UHGV virus genome: UHGV-0358485
Length of the DNA stretch: 33,143 bases
Strand: one strand, 5' to 3'
Source of the DNA: a virus
Shown: one piece after another, positions 17,070-24,643 of the stretch
How the letters are laid out: each line of letters begins with the position of its first letter
How positions within the stretch are numbered: position 1 is the first letter of the stretch
Translations under genes and position numbers: made by a program
The notes under the pieces: generated by a model
Told to the model about the DNA's origin: nothing
Seen by the model: only the letters and a program-made list of their open reading frames with translations
Database searches by the model: none

Positions 17070-19289
17070 ATGGCTAGCAGTTTATATAATTTGGCTTTAG
17101 ATTTCAGCAAAGAATTAAACTACACCAAAGCTATTATGGCTCGTCAAGGTGACAAAGGGATTACGGTGACTGTTAAACCATTTTTAAATGGCTTGCAGAT
17201 GGATACGAGTAGCGGAACCTTTACATTAAAAGGAACAACACCATCTAACCGTTACGTAGATAGTGTCGCTACTAGTGTAACTAGTGAAGAAGTCACATTT
17301 TCTCTTGATGGCACATTTATGAGTGAAGCAGGATATTATAAACACTGCTACGTAGAATATAGAAAAGACAATCAAATTTTAACAACGCAAGATATCATTT
17401 TTTTCTCACTAGGAGTGTCTGACATTTCGCAAGGCCAAGCCGATGAATACGTTTCGCAATTGGAAGAGTTGATTCAAAAGTATAACGAAACTTTTGATGC
17501 TTTTATGGCTGAAATCGAAGGTAGAGTGGACAGCTTAAATAAACAGATTACTGATTTAACTGGTCAAGCTAAAACACTACAAGACAAGTTAGACGCTCTG
17601 AAAGAAGAAATTTCTAAATTAGGTAACTTGCAGGTGATGTACAGTAACAGCATCGACTTCGGGGGCTATGATTATAGTGGGAATCCTAACTTAATGATTC
17701 CGTTAAAAGCTAGTAGTTTTTATACGCAATCTGGGGTTACTATAGAAGACTCTGGGGATGCCTTAAAAGTAACTTTCACTAAAACTGATGGGGCTGCTTT
17801 TTTAGAATCTATGAAAAATGTTCCAGCCTTATTACCAGATACTCAATATACATTAAGCGCAGATGTTACGGTTATGGAAGGCTACACAGGAAAACTAGAA
17901 AATTTAAGGTTAGGGTATAGGAAAAGTCCTAACGGAACGATTATATTACCGTTAACAGGTAAAGATGCTTCTGTTGGTCAGAAGACTAGAATATATACAA
18001 CAGCCAATTCTAGCGCTGCAACAGACCCATCAAAGTTTGATAGAATGTACTTCACAATTAATACAACATCAACAGAACCATTTGTTGGAACGGTTTTAAT
18101 CGAAAATATTAAAGTTGAGCAAGGAACAAACGCTACACCATACCAGCCCAACTTACTAGATGACCCTTACTGGCTAGGTAAAGCGCCTTTGGGTGAGAAT
18201 ATCGCAAACAAAGATGTTCAGTTTCCTATTACTACAACTGAATACTCTGTTTATTCAAAAGCCAATGTAGAAGACTACAAAGTTAACCAGAAATATGTGT
18301 TAACTATGAAAGCAACCAAGCCAGCAATTCAGCGATTTATAGCATATCTAAACGGCGGTACAATTAAAGCTGCTGATTTGTATCCAGTTGAAGGATTAAC
18401 AGATACATGGCAAGGAGAGTTCACAGTAACACAGGCTAGCATAGACGCAGGCGCACTACGAACTCTAGCTGTATATCAGTTTCCAAGTGAAACAAAAGGT
18501 ACTGTAAAAATAGAATGGATAAAACTAGAAAAAGGCAACATCCGAACTCCGAATATTGGTGAGTATAAATATCGTGGTACTGGTATGCGTGATTCTAATA
18601 ACCCATATGATTATGTATGGGATATAGAACCTAGCTATGTTGAGAATAACCTAGCTACAGATATCAAGGTTGCTGAAATCACAGGTAAAGCAAACAATTA
18701 TACCGATGGGAAAGTATCGGAGATTAATTCGCAGTTGACTGCTTCAATTCATGCGGTAGACACCGTAGCTAAGGATGCTCAAACAAAAGCGAATGCTAAT
18801 GCGACTGCTATAAAGAGTATGGATAGTAGGGTTGATGAGATAGAGAATAAAATCCCTTTGTACGCCATTTATGGTGAAGGTGCAAATCTTTCTAAAGTTT
18901 CTGGTGGTACTAAAATACCTATAGGGGCTCTTATCGCTACGGATTTTGCCCACACTTCTAGTGATTTACCTTACACGATAGGTAGTGATGGAAATACTTT
19001 AACAGCAACTAGAGATTGTGTTTTATTTTTCGAGGGTTCTGTAAAACTTCATGGAGATAACACATTAAAATACGCCTATGTAAAAATTAGGAAAAATGGA
19101 AGTGATACGAATTTTACTAACTTGGGTAGTAGCGTGAATTTCAATTATATGACTACTCAAGCTGGTCAGTACGTCCACACTTTAGTTACAGGAGATAAGG
19201 TAGAGTTTACTATAGAAACAGCTGCTGGAGGAATCATGTTTGCAACACAACTATTATCCTTAAAAATATCAGAAGTAAAACCTGTATAA
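17070..19289 (+). CDS. Receptor-binding / tail fiber-like protein (BppU-like N-terminus, coiled coil, C-terminal beta-rich domain)
   Basis: 739 aa. Last structural gene before the lysis cassette. Coiled-coil segment about aa 120-190. Confidence 0.5.
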   Translation: MASSLYNLALDFSKELNYTKAIMARQGDKGITVTVKPFLNGLQMDTSSGTFTLKGTTPSNRYVDSVATSVTSEEVTFSLDGTFMSEAGYYKHCYVEYRKDNQILTTQDIIFFSLGVSDISQGQADEYVSQLEELIQKYNETFDAFMAEIEGRVDSLNKQITDLTGQAKTLQDKLDALKEEISKLGNLQVMYSNSIDFGGYDYSGNPNLMIPLKASSFYTQSGVTIEDSGDALKVTFTKTDGAAFLESMKNVPALLPDTQYTLSADVTVMEGYTGKLENLRLGYRKSPNGTIILPLTGKDASVGQKTRIYTTANSSAATDPSKFDRMYFTINTTSTEPFVGTVLIENIKVEQGTNATPYQPNLLDDPYWLGKAPLGENIANKDVQFPITTTEYSVYSKANVEDYKVNQKYVLTMKATKPAIQRFIAYLNGGTIKAADLYPVEGLTDTWQGEFTVTQASIDAGALRTLAVYQFPSETKGTVKIEWIKLEKGNIRTPNIGEYKYRGTGMRDSNNPYDYVWDIEPSYVENNLATDIKVAEITGKANNYTDGKVSEINSQLTASIHAVDTVAKDAQTKANANATAIKSMDSRVDEIENKIPLYAIYGEGANLSKVSGGTKIPIGALIATDFAHTSSDLPYTIGSDGNTLTATRDCVLFFEGSVKLHGDNTLKYAYVKIRKNGSDTNFTNLGSSVNFNYMTTQAGQYVHTLVTGDKVEFTIETAAGGIMFATQLLSLKISEVKPV

Positions 19290-19307
19290 AATTATAATTT
19301 TGCTACC

Positions 19308-19338
19308 AACACGCTCAATAGAGAGTGTTTTTTATTTT
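19308..19338 (+). terminator. Intrinsic terminator after the tail genes
   Basis: Imperfect stem AACACGCTC/GAGAGTGTT followed by TTTTTTATTTT. Confidence 0.55.
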
Positions 19339-19360
19339 GCAATGAAAGGAGGCTAGTTGG

Positions 19361-19603
19361 TTGAAAGACGAAGCAATACAAGACGTGGTAGAACGCTTAG
19401 TGCGTATTGAAACGAAACTGGATAATTACGAATCATTACGCGAAAAAGCGGAAAGTGCAAAAGATAGAGCGGATCAGGCATATTCTATTGCGCTTAATAA
19501 TGCAGAAGATATCAAAGAAATGAAAGCCAATAATAAATGGTCGTGGGGTTACATGATCGGTTTAGGCATTACGATCATTGGCTATTTCTTGACTAAATTG
19601 TAA
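19361..19603 (+). CDS. XhlA-like lysis-associated membrane protein (N-terminal coiled coil plus one C-terminal TM)
   Basis: 80 aa. TTG start with RBS GAAAGGAGG. The TM is WSWGYMIGLGITIIGYFL. Confidence 0.6.
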   Translation: MKDEAIQDVVERLVRIETKLDNYESLREKAESAKDRADQAYSIALNNAEDIKEMKANNKWSWGYMIGLGITIIGYFLTKL

Positions 19604-19618
19604 AGGAGGTTAGAAGAA

Positions 19619-19816
19619 ATGATTTTACCCGATAAGTATTATCAAGTCATTAAATGGACGGTTTTAACAGTTTTACCAGCTGCATCTGTTTTAGTAGCCA
19701 CGTTAGGAAAAGCGTATGGATGGAATGGAACAGATATGACAGTACTCACTATCAATGCAGTAGCAACATTTTTAGGCGTTATCACTGGCGTGTCGGCTTA
19801 TAATTTGAAAAAATAG
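19619..19816 (+). CDS. Holin (phi LC3/Dp-1-type small holin with 2 TM)
   Basis: 65 aa, two hydrophobic helices, charged C-terminus. RBS AGGAGG. Confidence 0.7.
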   Translation: MILPDKYYQVIKWTVLTVLPAASVLVATLGKAYGWNGTDMTVLTINAVATFLGVITGVSAYNLKK

Positions 19817-19826
19817 GAGGAAACAA

Positions 19827-20846
19827 ATGAAAAAGAAAATTACTATTACTGCGATGAGCCTGTTAACGGCTCTTTTTTTATTGCCGATTAATGGGTTTGC
19901 CTATACGATTAACAATGAATTTAATTTGGGCCCAAACGAAGGTAGCTCACAAGTAGCAAATAATCAGTACATTTTACTGCATGAAACGGCTAATGAAACA
20001 GCAACAGGACGCAATGAAGCGCAGTATATGCAACGTTCATGGACTAGCGCTTATACTGCTTATATTGTGGGAGACGGCGGAATTGTTTATCAAGTCGGTC
20101 AACCTGGTTATGTACAGTACGGGGCTGGTTCGTATGCTAATGCCAACAGTCCTGTGCAGATTGAGTTACAGCACACACATGATAAAGCAACGTTTGAGAA
20201 AAACTACAAGGCATACGTTGAATTGGCAAGAGATTCAGCAATGAAATATGGTATTCCATTAACATTAGACACTCCTTATAACCAACCAGGAATCAAATCG
20301 CATTTGTGGGTAACACAAAATATTTGGGGCGATCACACTGATCCTTACGGTTATCTTTCTGAAATGGGCGTAAGTAAAGAAAAATTAGCCTATGATTTGG
20401 CTCATGGTTTTACCGATGAAAATCCAACTACTTCAGATGATAAACCAGTCATTGATCCAACTAGAGCAGGTGCAGCAAATCCTACGCTGACAGATGGAAC
20501 AAATTACGCCCACATTGATCAGTTCGGAGAAATCGAAAACGCAAACTTACACGTCGCTGGATGGCACATCGCTAACTATAAATACGAGTATATTTTCATC
20601 ATGGACTATAATACTGGAAAAGAACTAGCACGAGTAAATGCTAATGGCGTTTCACGCCCAGATGTAACCCAATCTTATAGTACTTATGGAAACGTTGGTT
20701 ATCATGTATCGTTCAACATGCGTAATTTCCCTAATAAGAAAGTCTATGTCATGATGCGTGCAACGAATGATCCGAAAGGTAACACGCAAGGCGGAGCGCA
20801 AGATTTTCATGATAAACGCTGGTATTTGAATATTCCTAAACGATAA
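19827..20846 (+). CDS. Endolysin: N-acetylmuramoyl-L-alanine amidase (Amidase_2/PGRP-like) with N-terminal Sec signal peptide and a C-terminal wall-binding region
   Basis: MKKKITITAMSLLTALFLLPINGFA has KKK followed by a hydrophobic core and AxA-like cleavage site. Catalytic region YILLHETANE...QIELQHTH is Amidase_2-like. Confidence 0.8.
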   Translation: MKKKITITAMSLLTALFLLPINGFAYTINNEFNLGPNEGSSQVANNQYILLHETANETATGRNEAQYMQRSWTSAYTAYIVGDGGIVYQVGQPGYVQYGAGSYANANSPVQIELQHTHDKATFEKNYKAYVELARDSAMKYGIPLTLDTPYNQPGIKSHLWVTQNIWGDHTDPYGYLSEMGVSKEKLAYDLAHGFTDENPTTSDDKPVIDPTRAGAANPTLTDGTNYAHIDQFGEIENANLHVAGWHIANYKYEYIFIMDYNTGKELARVNANGVSRPDVTQSYSTYGNVGYHVSFNMRNFPNKKVYVMMRATNDPKGNTQGGAQDFHDKRWYLNIPKR

Positions 20847-20851
20847 AAATA

Positions 20852-20869
20852 GCTCCTCGTTGAGGAGCA
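20852..20869 (+). terminator. Stable hairpin after the lysin (GCTCCTC/GAGGAGC). Weak U tract.
   Basis: 7-bp GC-rich stem with loop GTTG. An A-run precedes it. The downstream sequence is only moderately T-rich. Confidence 0.4.
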
Positions 20870-20882
20870 TTACATAACTATA

Positions 20883-20912
20883 TTGACAACTATAAAAATT
20901 ATTCGATAAAAT
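20883..20912 (+). promoter_or_regulatory. Sigma-A-like promoter driving the tRNA: TTGACA, 18-nt spacer, TAAAAT
   Basis: -35 at 20883-20888 and -10 at 20907-20912. Confidence 0.5.
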
Positions 20913-20921
20913 AGTGATGTT

Positions 20922-21034
20922 GTCGCATATCTTCACTATCACTCATAAATAGTCACACTCCAAGATATGCGATAACAGGTTTGTTGCCACATATTCTACT
21001 GGTTGATTGTTTATGGCTTTATGTGGCAACAACC
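20922..21034 (+). other. Two consecutive long imperfect hairpins between the promoter and the tRNA 5' end
   Basis: Hairpin 1 has stems at about 20922-20933 and 20962-20972. Hairpin 2 has stems at 20978-20992 and 21021-21034. Each has a 28-nt loop. Hairpin 2 abuts tRNA nt 1 (21036). Sequences are given in the corresponding finding. Confidence 0.5.
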
Positions 21035-21035
21035 A

Positions 21036-21109
21036 GTACCCTTAGCTCAGTTGGTTAGAGCAGACGGCTCATAACCGTCCGGTCGTAGGTTCGAGTCCTA
21101 CAGGGTACA
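21036..21109 (+). tRNA. tRNA with anticodon CAT (elongator Met or Ile2-lysidine type). No encoded CCA.
   Basis: Acceptor GTACCCT/AGGGTAC. D-arm AGCTCAGTTGGTTAGAGC. Anticodon stem GACGG/CCGTC with loop CTCATAA (U33, CAT, A37). T-arm GTAGG-TTCGAGT-CCTAC. G1-C72, so not an initiator. Confidence 0.85.
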
Positions 21110-21184
21110 TTAATGTAGCCATTTGAATCGTTGTGTGTTAGAATTTTTTGAAGAGTATTATACAAGCTAAAGCTTTTCTTCATT

Positions 21185-21210
21185 GCCACTCAAATGAGTG
21201 GCTTTTTTAT
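21185..21210 (+). terminator. Intrinsic terminator of the tRNA transcript
   Basis: Stem GCCACTC/GAGTGGC, loop AAAT, then a T6 run. Confidence 0.75.
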
Positions 21211-21334
21211 GTATCCTTTTATGGATTAATGAAAGGATGTTGCACATAGTTATACTTCTGTATATTTGAAAAGTTTTACTTTGATTTTTAAATGGAAAGA
21301 CATTTGGGTTATATTGTGAGATAATAATAAAGAA

Positions 21335-21396
21335 GAGTTTAAAGCGTTCCCCAAAAACCACTCCCCCATAAGTGTGTTACGCTTTAAACTCTTTTA
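21335..21396. other. Perfect 13-bp-stem hairpin (GAGTTTAAAGCGT/ACGCTTTAAACTC) with a 31-nt C-rich loop, followed by TTTTA
   Basis: Seen in sequence. Possible bidirectional terminator or structured sRNA in the 500-bp non-coding gap. Confidence 0.45.
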
Positions 21397-21597
21397 TATT
21401 TGAAGCCATTAAAAAGCATACCATATTTTTGAAAAAAAGTGAGAAAAAAGGCTTACAATTGGAGTGGTAGTTAATTAGTGACTTATTTTTGATTTTATAG
21501 CACTGATACTATAAGATATAGATATCATCATATTACACAATCTTAATACCAACTTAAAAATATCTCCTTTCATAAGTATGGTGATAAAATCCGTTCC

Positions 21598-21618
21598 GGG
21601 CTACCTTTTTAGGTAGCC
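21598..21618 (-). terminator. Terminator for the minus-strand moron gene
   Basis: Stem GGCTACC/GGTAGCC. On the minus strand it is followed by ATTTTAT, immediately after the stop of 21623-21934. Confidence 0.5.
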
Positions 21619-21622
21619 TACT

Positions 21623-21934
21623 TTAATCTTTATACCTTTCTGGATCAACGAAAGTATACTTCAAATAGTCATAACGCCGATGATCGCTCCGTGCGTCTGG
21701 CACATCAGTCACGATATCAAACAAAAAATATACGTCTTTCTTCATTCTAGTTTTCGCAGCAGGAATTTTGAAATAGTTCTTATTAGAATAGTAGAGATTG
21801 ATTAATAAGCTATCTTCGATTGCTAAAAAGAAAACTTCTGAATCCCACACCTTATAAAAATCTTTGACAAATCTATTCGAAGGATCAAATTTAAACCATA
21901 ATTGTGTTTTTCCTTCCATCAACATAATGTTCAC
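21623..21934 (-). CDS. Hypothetical moron protein (103 aa) between the lysis module and attP/int
   Basis: Clean ORF, very AT-rich, with its own terminator. No recognisable motif. Sits at the lysin-att position typical of lysogenic-conversion cargo. Confidence 0.5.
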   Translation of the reverse strand: MNIMLMEGKTQLWFKFDPSNRFVKDFYKVWDSEVFFLAIEDSLLINLYYSNKNYFKIPAAKTRMKKDVYFLFDIVTDVPDARSDHRRYDYLKYTFVDPERYKD

Positions 21935-22014
21935 CTCAAAAAGAGTATACGAACAAACGTTCTTTTTGTAAAGGTGGAATTTATTATACTAAATAAATAG
22001 GTGAACAAGTACTT

Positions 22015-22033
22015 GTGCCAAATTATGTGCCAA
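22015..22033. repeat. Direct repeat pair TGTGCCAA, 11-bp spacing. Candidate integrase arm-type sites.
   Basis: Copies at 22015 and 22026. The same octamer pair recurs at 22187-22206. Confidence 0.5.
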
Positions 22034-22147
22034 AAAAAATCGAATTTAATAAAACACAAACAAAAAGAAATCCTATTATGATAACATTTCTTATAATAAC
22101 AAACACAACAGAAGACGTGTAATAGTTAGTCAGGAACGTACAAATAA

Positions 22148-22187
22148 CCCCTGTATCCTTTGTGATACAGGGGTTTGTTTTGTATTT
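22148..22187. terminator. Perfect 10-bp hairpin CCCCTGTATC/GATACAGGGG plus a T-run, 35 nt downstream of the int stop. Int terminator (bidirectional) and/or part of attP.
   Basis: Seen in sequence. Flanked on both sides by the TGTGCCAA repeat pairs. Confidence 0.55.
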
Positions 22188-22206
22188 GTGCCAAAAATGT
22201 GCCAAA
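22187..22206. repeat. Second direct repeat pair TGTGCCAA(A), 11-bp spacing, abutting the int stop codon
   Basis: Copies at 22187 and 22198. Confidence 0.5.
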
Positions 22207-23346
22207 CTAGTTATCATTTTTATATAAACTATCGAACACAGCATTGATTTTTTCTTTATCCTGATCTTCAAGCTCTCGAACAATATGAAGATAAGTAGAC
22301 ATTGTAGTTTCTAAACTGCTATGTCCTAAACGTTTCGATACGCTAAGTATATTTACTCCTTGATAAAGTAAAATAGATGCATGTGTATGCCTTAGTCCAT
22401 GCAAAGTAAATTGCTTTTCAATCCCTAATTCTTTTAATTTTTTGCGCAAATATTTGCTGACGGCGTTTGATGAAACTAATCCATTTTTTAAGTTGAAAAA
22501 AACAAAATTATGAGGGTTTTTAACTTCAAAATTCTCGAACAATTCTTTTTGATTGATTTTAAACTTCTTTAAGAGATTAATTGTATGTTTATCAATTGAA
22601 ATTTTCCGATTTGAAGTTTCGTTTTTTGTTTTTCCCCATTCATTTAATTTATAATTCCATGTTTTATTAATAGTGATGATTTGATCTTCAAAATCGATAT
22701 CTTCCCATGTTAATCCTAGAAGTTCAGCAAATCGCATTCCAGTAGCACCAGCAACTAACACGAGCATAGGAGAAGAGTACTGTGCAGAAAGGTTTTCTTC
22801 TACGAGTTTCATTAAAGATTTAAATTGATCATAATCTAAATATTTATCTTCTTTTGGCTTCAATGAATCTTTTCCTTTGATTACTGCTTTTCTAGTTGGA
22901 TCAAACGGAATTAATCCTTCTTCTACGGCATCTTTCAACGATGCTCTAATATGGTTATTAAACTTAATAACGGTGGATTTTACATGGTCTTTCGCATACT
23001 TATTTAAAAAGCGTTGATATCCAACTCTATCTAAATCAGAAATCAATACCGCTGGCATATATTTCTTTATGTTCATTAACGTATCTTCGTATTTTCTATA
23101 AGTGATAGGAGATACTGTTCCTTCTTTATAAAGTTGCATCCAATCCTCAAAGTAATCTGATAATAATAGATTTTTGCGATCCCCTTTAAGGCCTTTGTTC
23201 AAGTTATATTCTAATTCGTTGGCGGCATCTTTTGCTTCGCCTTTTGTCTTAAATCCTGATTTTCTTATCTTCGTGTATTTTCCGTCATCTTTTTTGTATG
23301 AAATTTCGTATTGCCAGCTATTTCCACGTTTCACAAATCTTGCCAT
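22207..23346 (-). CDS. int: Tyrosine site-specific integrase (phage integrase family)
   Basis: 379 aa. N-terminal arm-binding-type domain. Catalytic region ...GMRFAELLGL...HGLRHTHASILL...LGHSSLETTMSTYLH carries the R..H..R..Y signature. Confidence 0.9.
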   Translation of the reverse strand: MARFVKRGNSWQYEISYKKDDGKYTKIRKSGFKTKGEAKDAANELEYNLNKGLKGDRKNLLLSDYFEDWMQLYKEGTVSPITYRKYEDTLMNIKKYMPAVLISDLDRVGYQRFLNKYAKDHVKSTVIKFNNHIRASLKDAVEEGLIPFDPTRKAVIKGKDSLKPKEDKYLDYDQFKSLMKLVEENLSAQYSSPMLVLVAGATGMRFAELLGLTWEDIDFEDQIITINKTWNYKLNEWGKTKNETSNRKISIDKHTINLLKKFKINQKELFENFEVKNPHNFVFFNLKNGLVSSNAVSKYLRKKLKELGIEKQFTLHGLRHTHASILLYQGVNILSVSKRLGHSSLETTMSTYLHIVRELEDQDKEKINAVFDSLYKNDN

Positions 23347-23420
23347 GATTGAATCGGCTCACTTTCTTTGATACAATAGACACTATAAAGAAGCCTATTA
23401 TGTAGGTTTGTTTTTTTTAG

Positions 23421-23466
23421 AACACGCTCGCTTTGGTCGGTGGGGCGTGTTTTATTATTTTTTACT
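23421..23466 (+). terminator. Hairpin AACACGC/GCGTGTT with a long T-run on the plus strand, upstream of int
   Basis: Seen in sequence. Overlaps the 3' end of the 23455-24090 gene. The orientation suggests it blocks plus-strand read-through into the lysogeny genes. Confidence 0.35.
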
Positions 23467-24090
23467 TACTTTACTATTAATCATATCCCATTGAGCATAG
23501 GATTTTTCGATGTTCGATCCTCTTGAACTAATTTCTCCTGTAAAAGTTACTTTATCTCCTTTTACAAATGTATCGGCATTTTTTACGTCCTTAGCAAAAA
23601 TTACAGAAGAAACTTTAGGTGTTGTAGAAATATCGTTCCAATTTTTACCATCGTATTCTTTGTCTGCTATAATGGCTATTCTAGTAGTCATTGTTTCGAT
23701 AACAGTTCCTTCAAAAGTAAATGTTTTTCCACTAATATATTTAGTAAAAGCTGTATTTTGCTCAGTAACTGGAGAAATAGAATAATAACTATCTAAGAAA
23801 GCACCCCAGTCATGGTTATTTGTCTCTAAAAATTCTTCAAATTGAGTTAAGCTTTCATTGCTGCTGTTAGATGTAGTAGTTTTAGTCTCAGACGATGAGC
23901 TTTCCTGTTTATTATTGTCATTTGTCTCGTTTGATGAGGAAAGTGAGAAACCTATGGCAGTAAAAATAATCCCGAAAATAAGGATAATCATAGGTGTTTT
24001 TTTATTTGTTTTTTTGATAAATCTTACAATCAACATGATTAATCCTATAATAAATAAAACAATACCAGTAAAACCGAATATGCCGTCCAT
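23455..24090 (-). CDS. Membrane-anchored protein: N-terminal TM(s), Ser/Thr-rich linker, beta-rich extracellular domain. Candidate superinfection-exclusion or lysogenic-conversion protein.
   Basis: N-terminus IVLFIIGLIMLIV ... ILIFGIIFTAIGF, then SSSSETKTTTSNSSNES, then C-terminal ...GKTFTFEGTVIE...VKGDKVTFTGEISS. Confidence 0.65.
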   Translation of the reverse strand: MDGIFGFTGIVLFIIGLIMLIVRFIKKTNKKTPMIILIFGIIFTAIGFSLSSSNETNDNNKQESSSSETKTTTSNSSNESLTQFEEFLETNNHDWGAFLDSYYSISPVTEQNTAFTKYISGKTFTFEGTVIETMTTRIAIIADKEYDGKNWNDISTTPKVSSVIFAKDVKNADTFVKGDKVTFTGEISSRGSNIEKSYAQWDMINSKVSKK

Positions 24091-24123
24091 TAATAAATCA
24101 TCCTTTTCTTTTGATAGTTAATA

Positions 24124-24585
24124 TTACAAACCAAGCAATTCTTTTTTCTTAAAATCAAATTCTTCTTGATTAATAATACCTTCATCCAACAACTCTTTAT
24201 ACTTTTTAATTTCATCTGCACTTGAAATTTGTGTTTCTTTGGAATTATTATCTAATCTAGATTGTTGCTTCTCTATATATTTTTTTAAATTTTCCATTTC
24301 ATTCCAATATTTTTTTGTAAACATAACGGTGTTTTCATCTTTCGTGGCCGCTAATATTCCTCCGCGACTTTCGTTTCCACCCAGCAGAGTAAATTGTATA
24401 TAACCATTGCTCATACCTGGTTTTTTTAATTGTACGGCTGATATATTTTTAAAGGGAATAGTTTTTTCACCTTTAATACCTTGATTAACTAGATTTATAA
24501 ATCCTTTTCTAATAATTGAAATAGAATCGTCAGTTACTTTAATCAAGGTTTTTCCTGGAGATTTTATTAAAATCTCTTTTTCCAT
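24124..24585 (-). CDS. Bacterial PH-like domain protein with C-terminal SHOCT domain. Accessory gene in the int-repressor interval.
   Basis: 153 aa. N-terminal beta-rich YokE/bPH-like region. C-terminus SADEIKKYKELLDEGIINQEEFDFKKKELLGL is a SHOCT-type motif. Confidence 0.6.
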   Translation of the reverse strand: MEKEILIKSPGKTLIKVTDDSISIIRKGFINLVNQGIKGEKTIPFKNISAVQLKKPGMSNGYIQFTLLGGNESRGGILAATKDENTVMFTKKYWNEMENLKKYIEKQQSRLDNNSKETQISSADEIKKYKELLDEGIINQEEFDFKKKELLGL

Positions 24586-24643
24586 TTTTTCTTCCTCATT
24601 TCTATGATATGATTTTCTAGTAGAAGCTCATATATGAGGAAAG

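Noticed and set aside
19981-20244. Plus-strand ORF 19981-20244 and minus ORF 20652-20942
   Set aside because: Alternative-frame and antisense ORFs inside or over the well-supported endolysin gene and its terminator.
21036-21109. Treating the tRNA as proof of chromosomal attB at this spot
   Set aside because: The tRNA is complete and has its own promoter and terminator. The arm-type-like repeats lie about 900 bp away next to int, and phage DNA continues on both sides. The integration core cannot be placed inside the tRNA from sequence alone.
21167-21361. Minus ORF 21167-21361 (64 aa)
   Set aside because: Spans the tRNA terminator and the large hairpin. No RBS. More likely a non-coding structured region.
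22023-22283. Minus ORF 22023-22283 (86 aa)
   Set aside because: Overlaps the int 3' end, the hairpin and the TGTGCCAA repeats (attP-like region). Low-complexity hydrophobic translation, no RBS.
23174-24121. Plus-strand ORFs 23174-23371, 23510-23785 and 23858-24121
   Set aside because: Antisense to int and to the membrane-protein gene. No RBS. Spurious.
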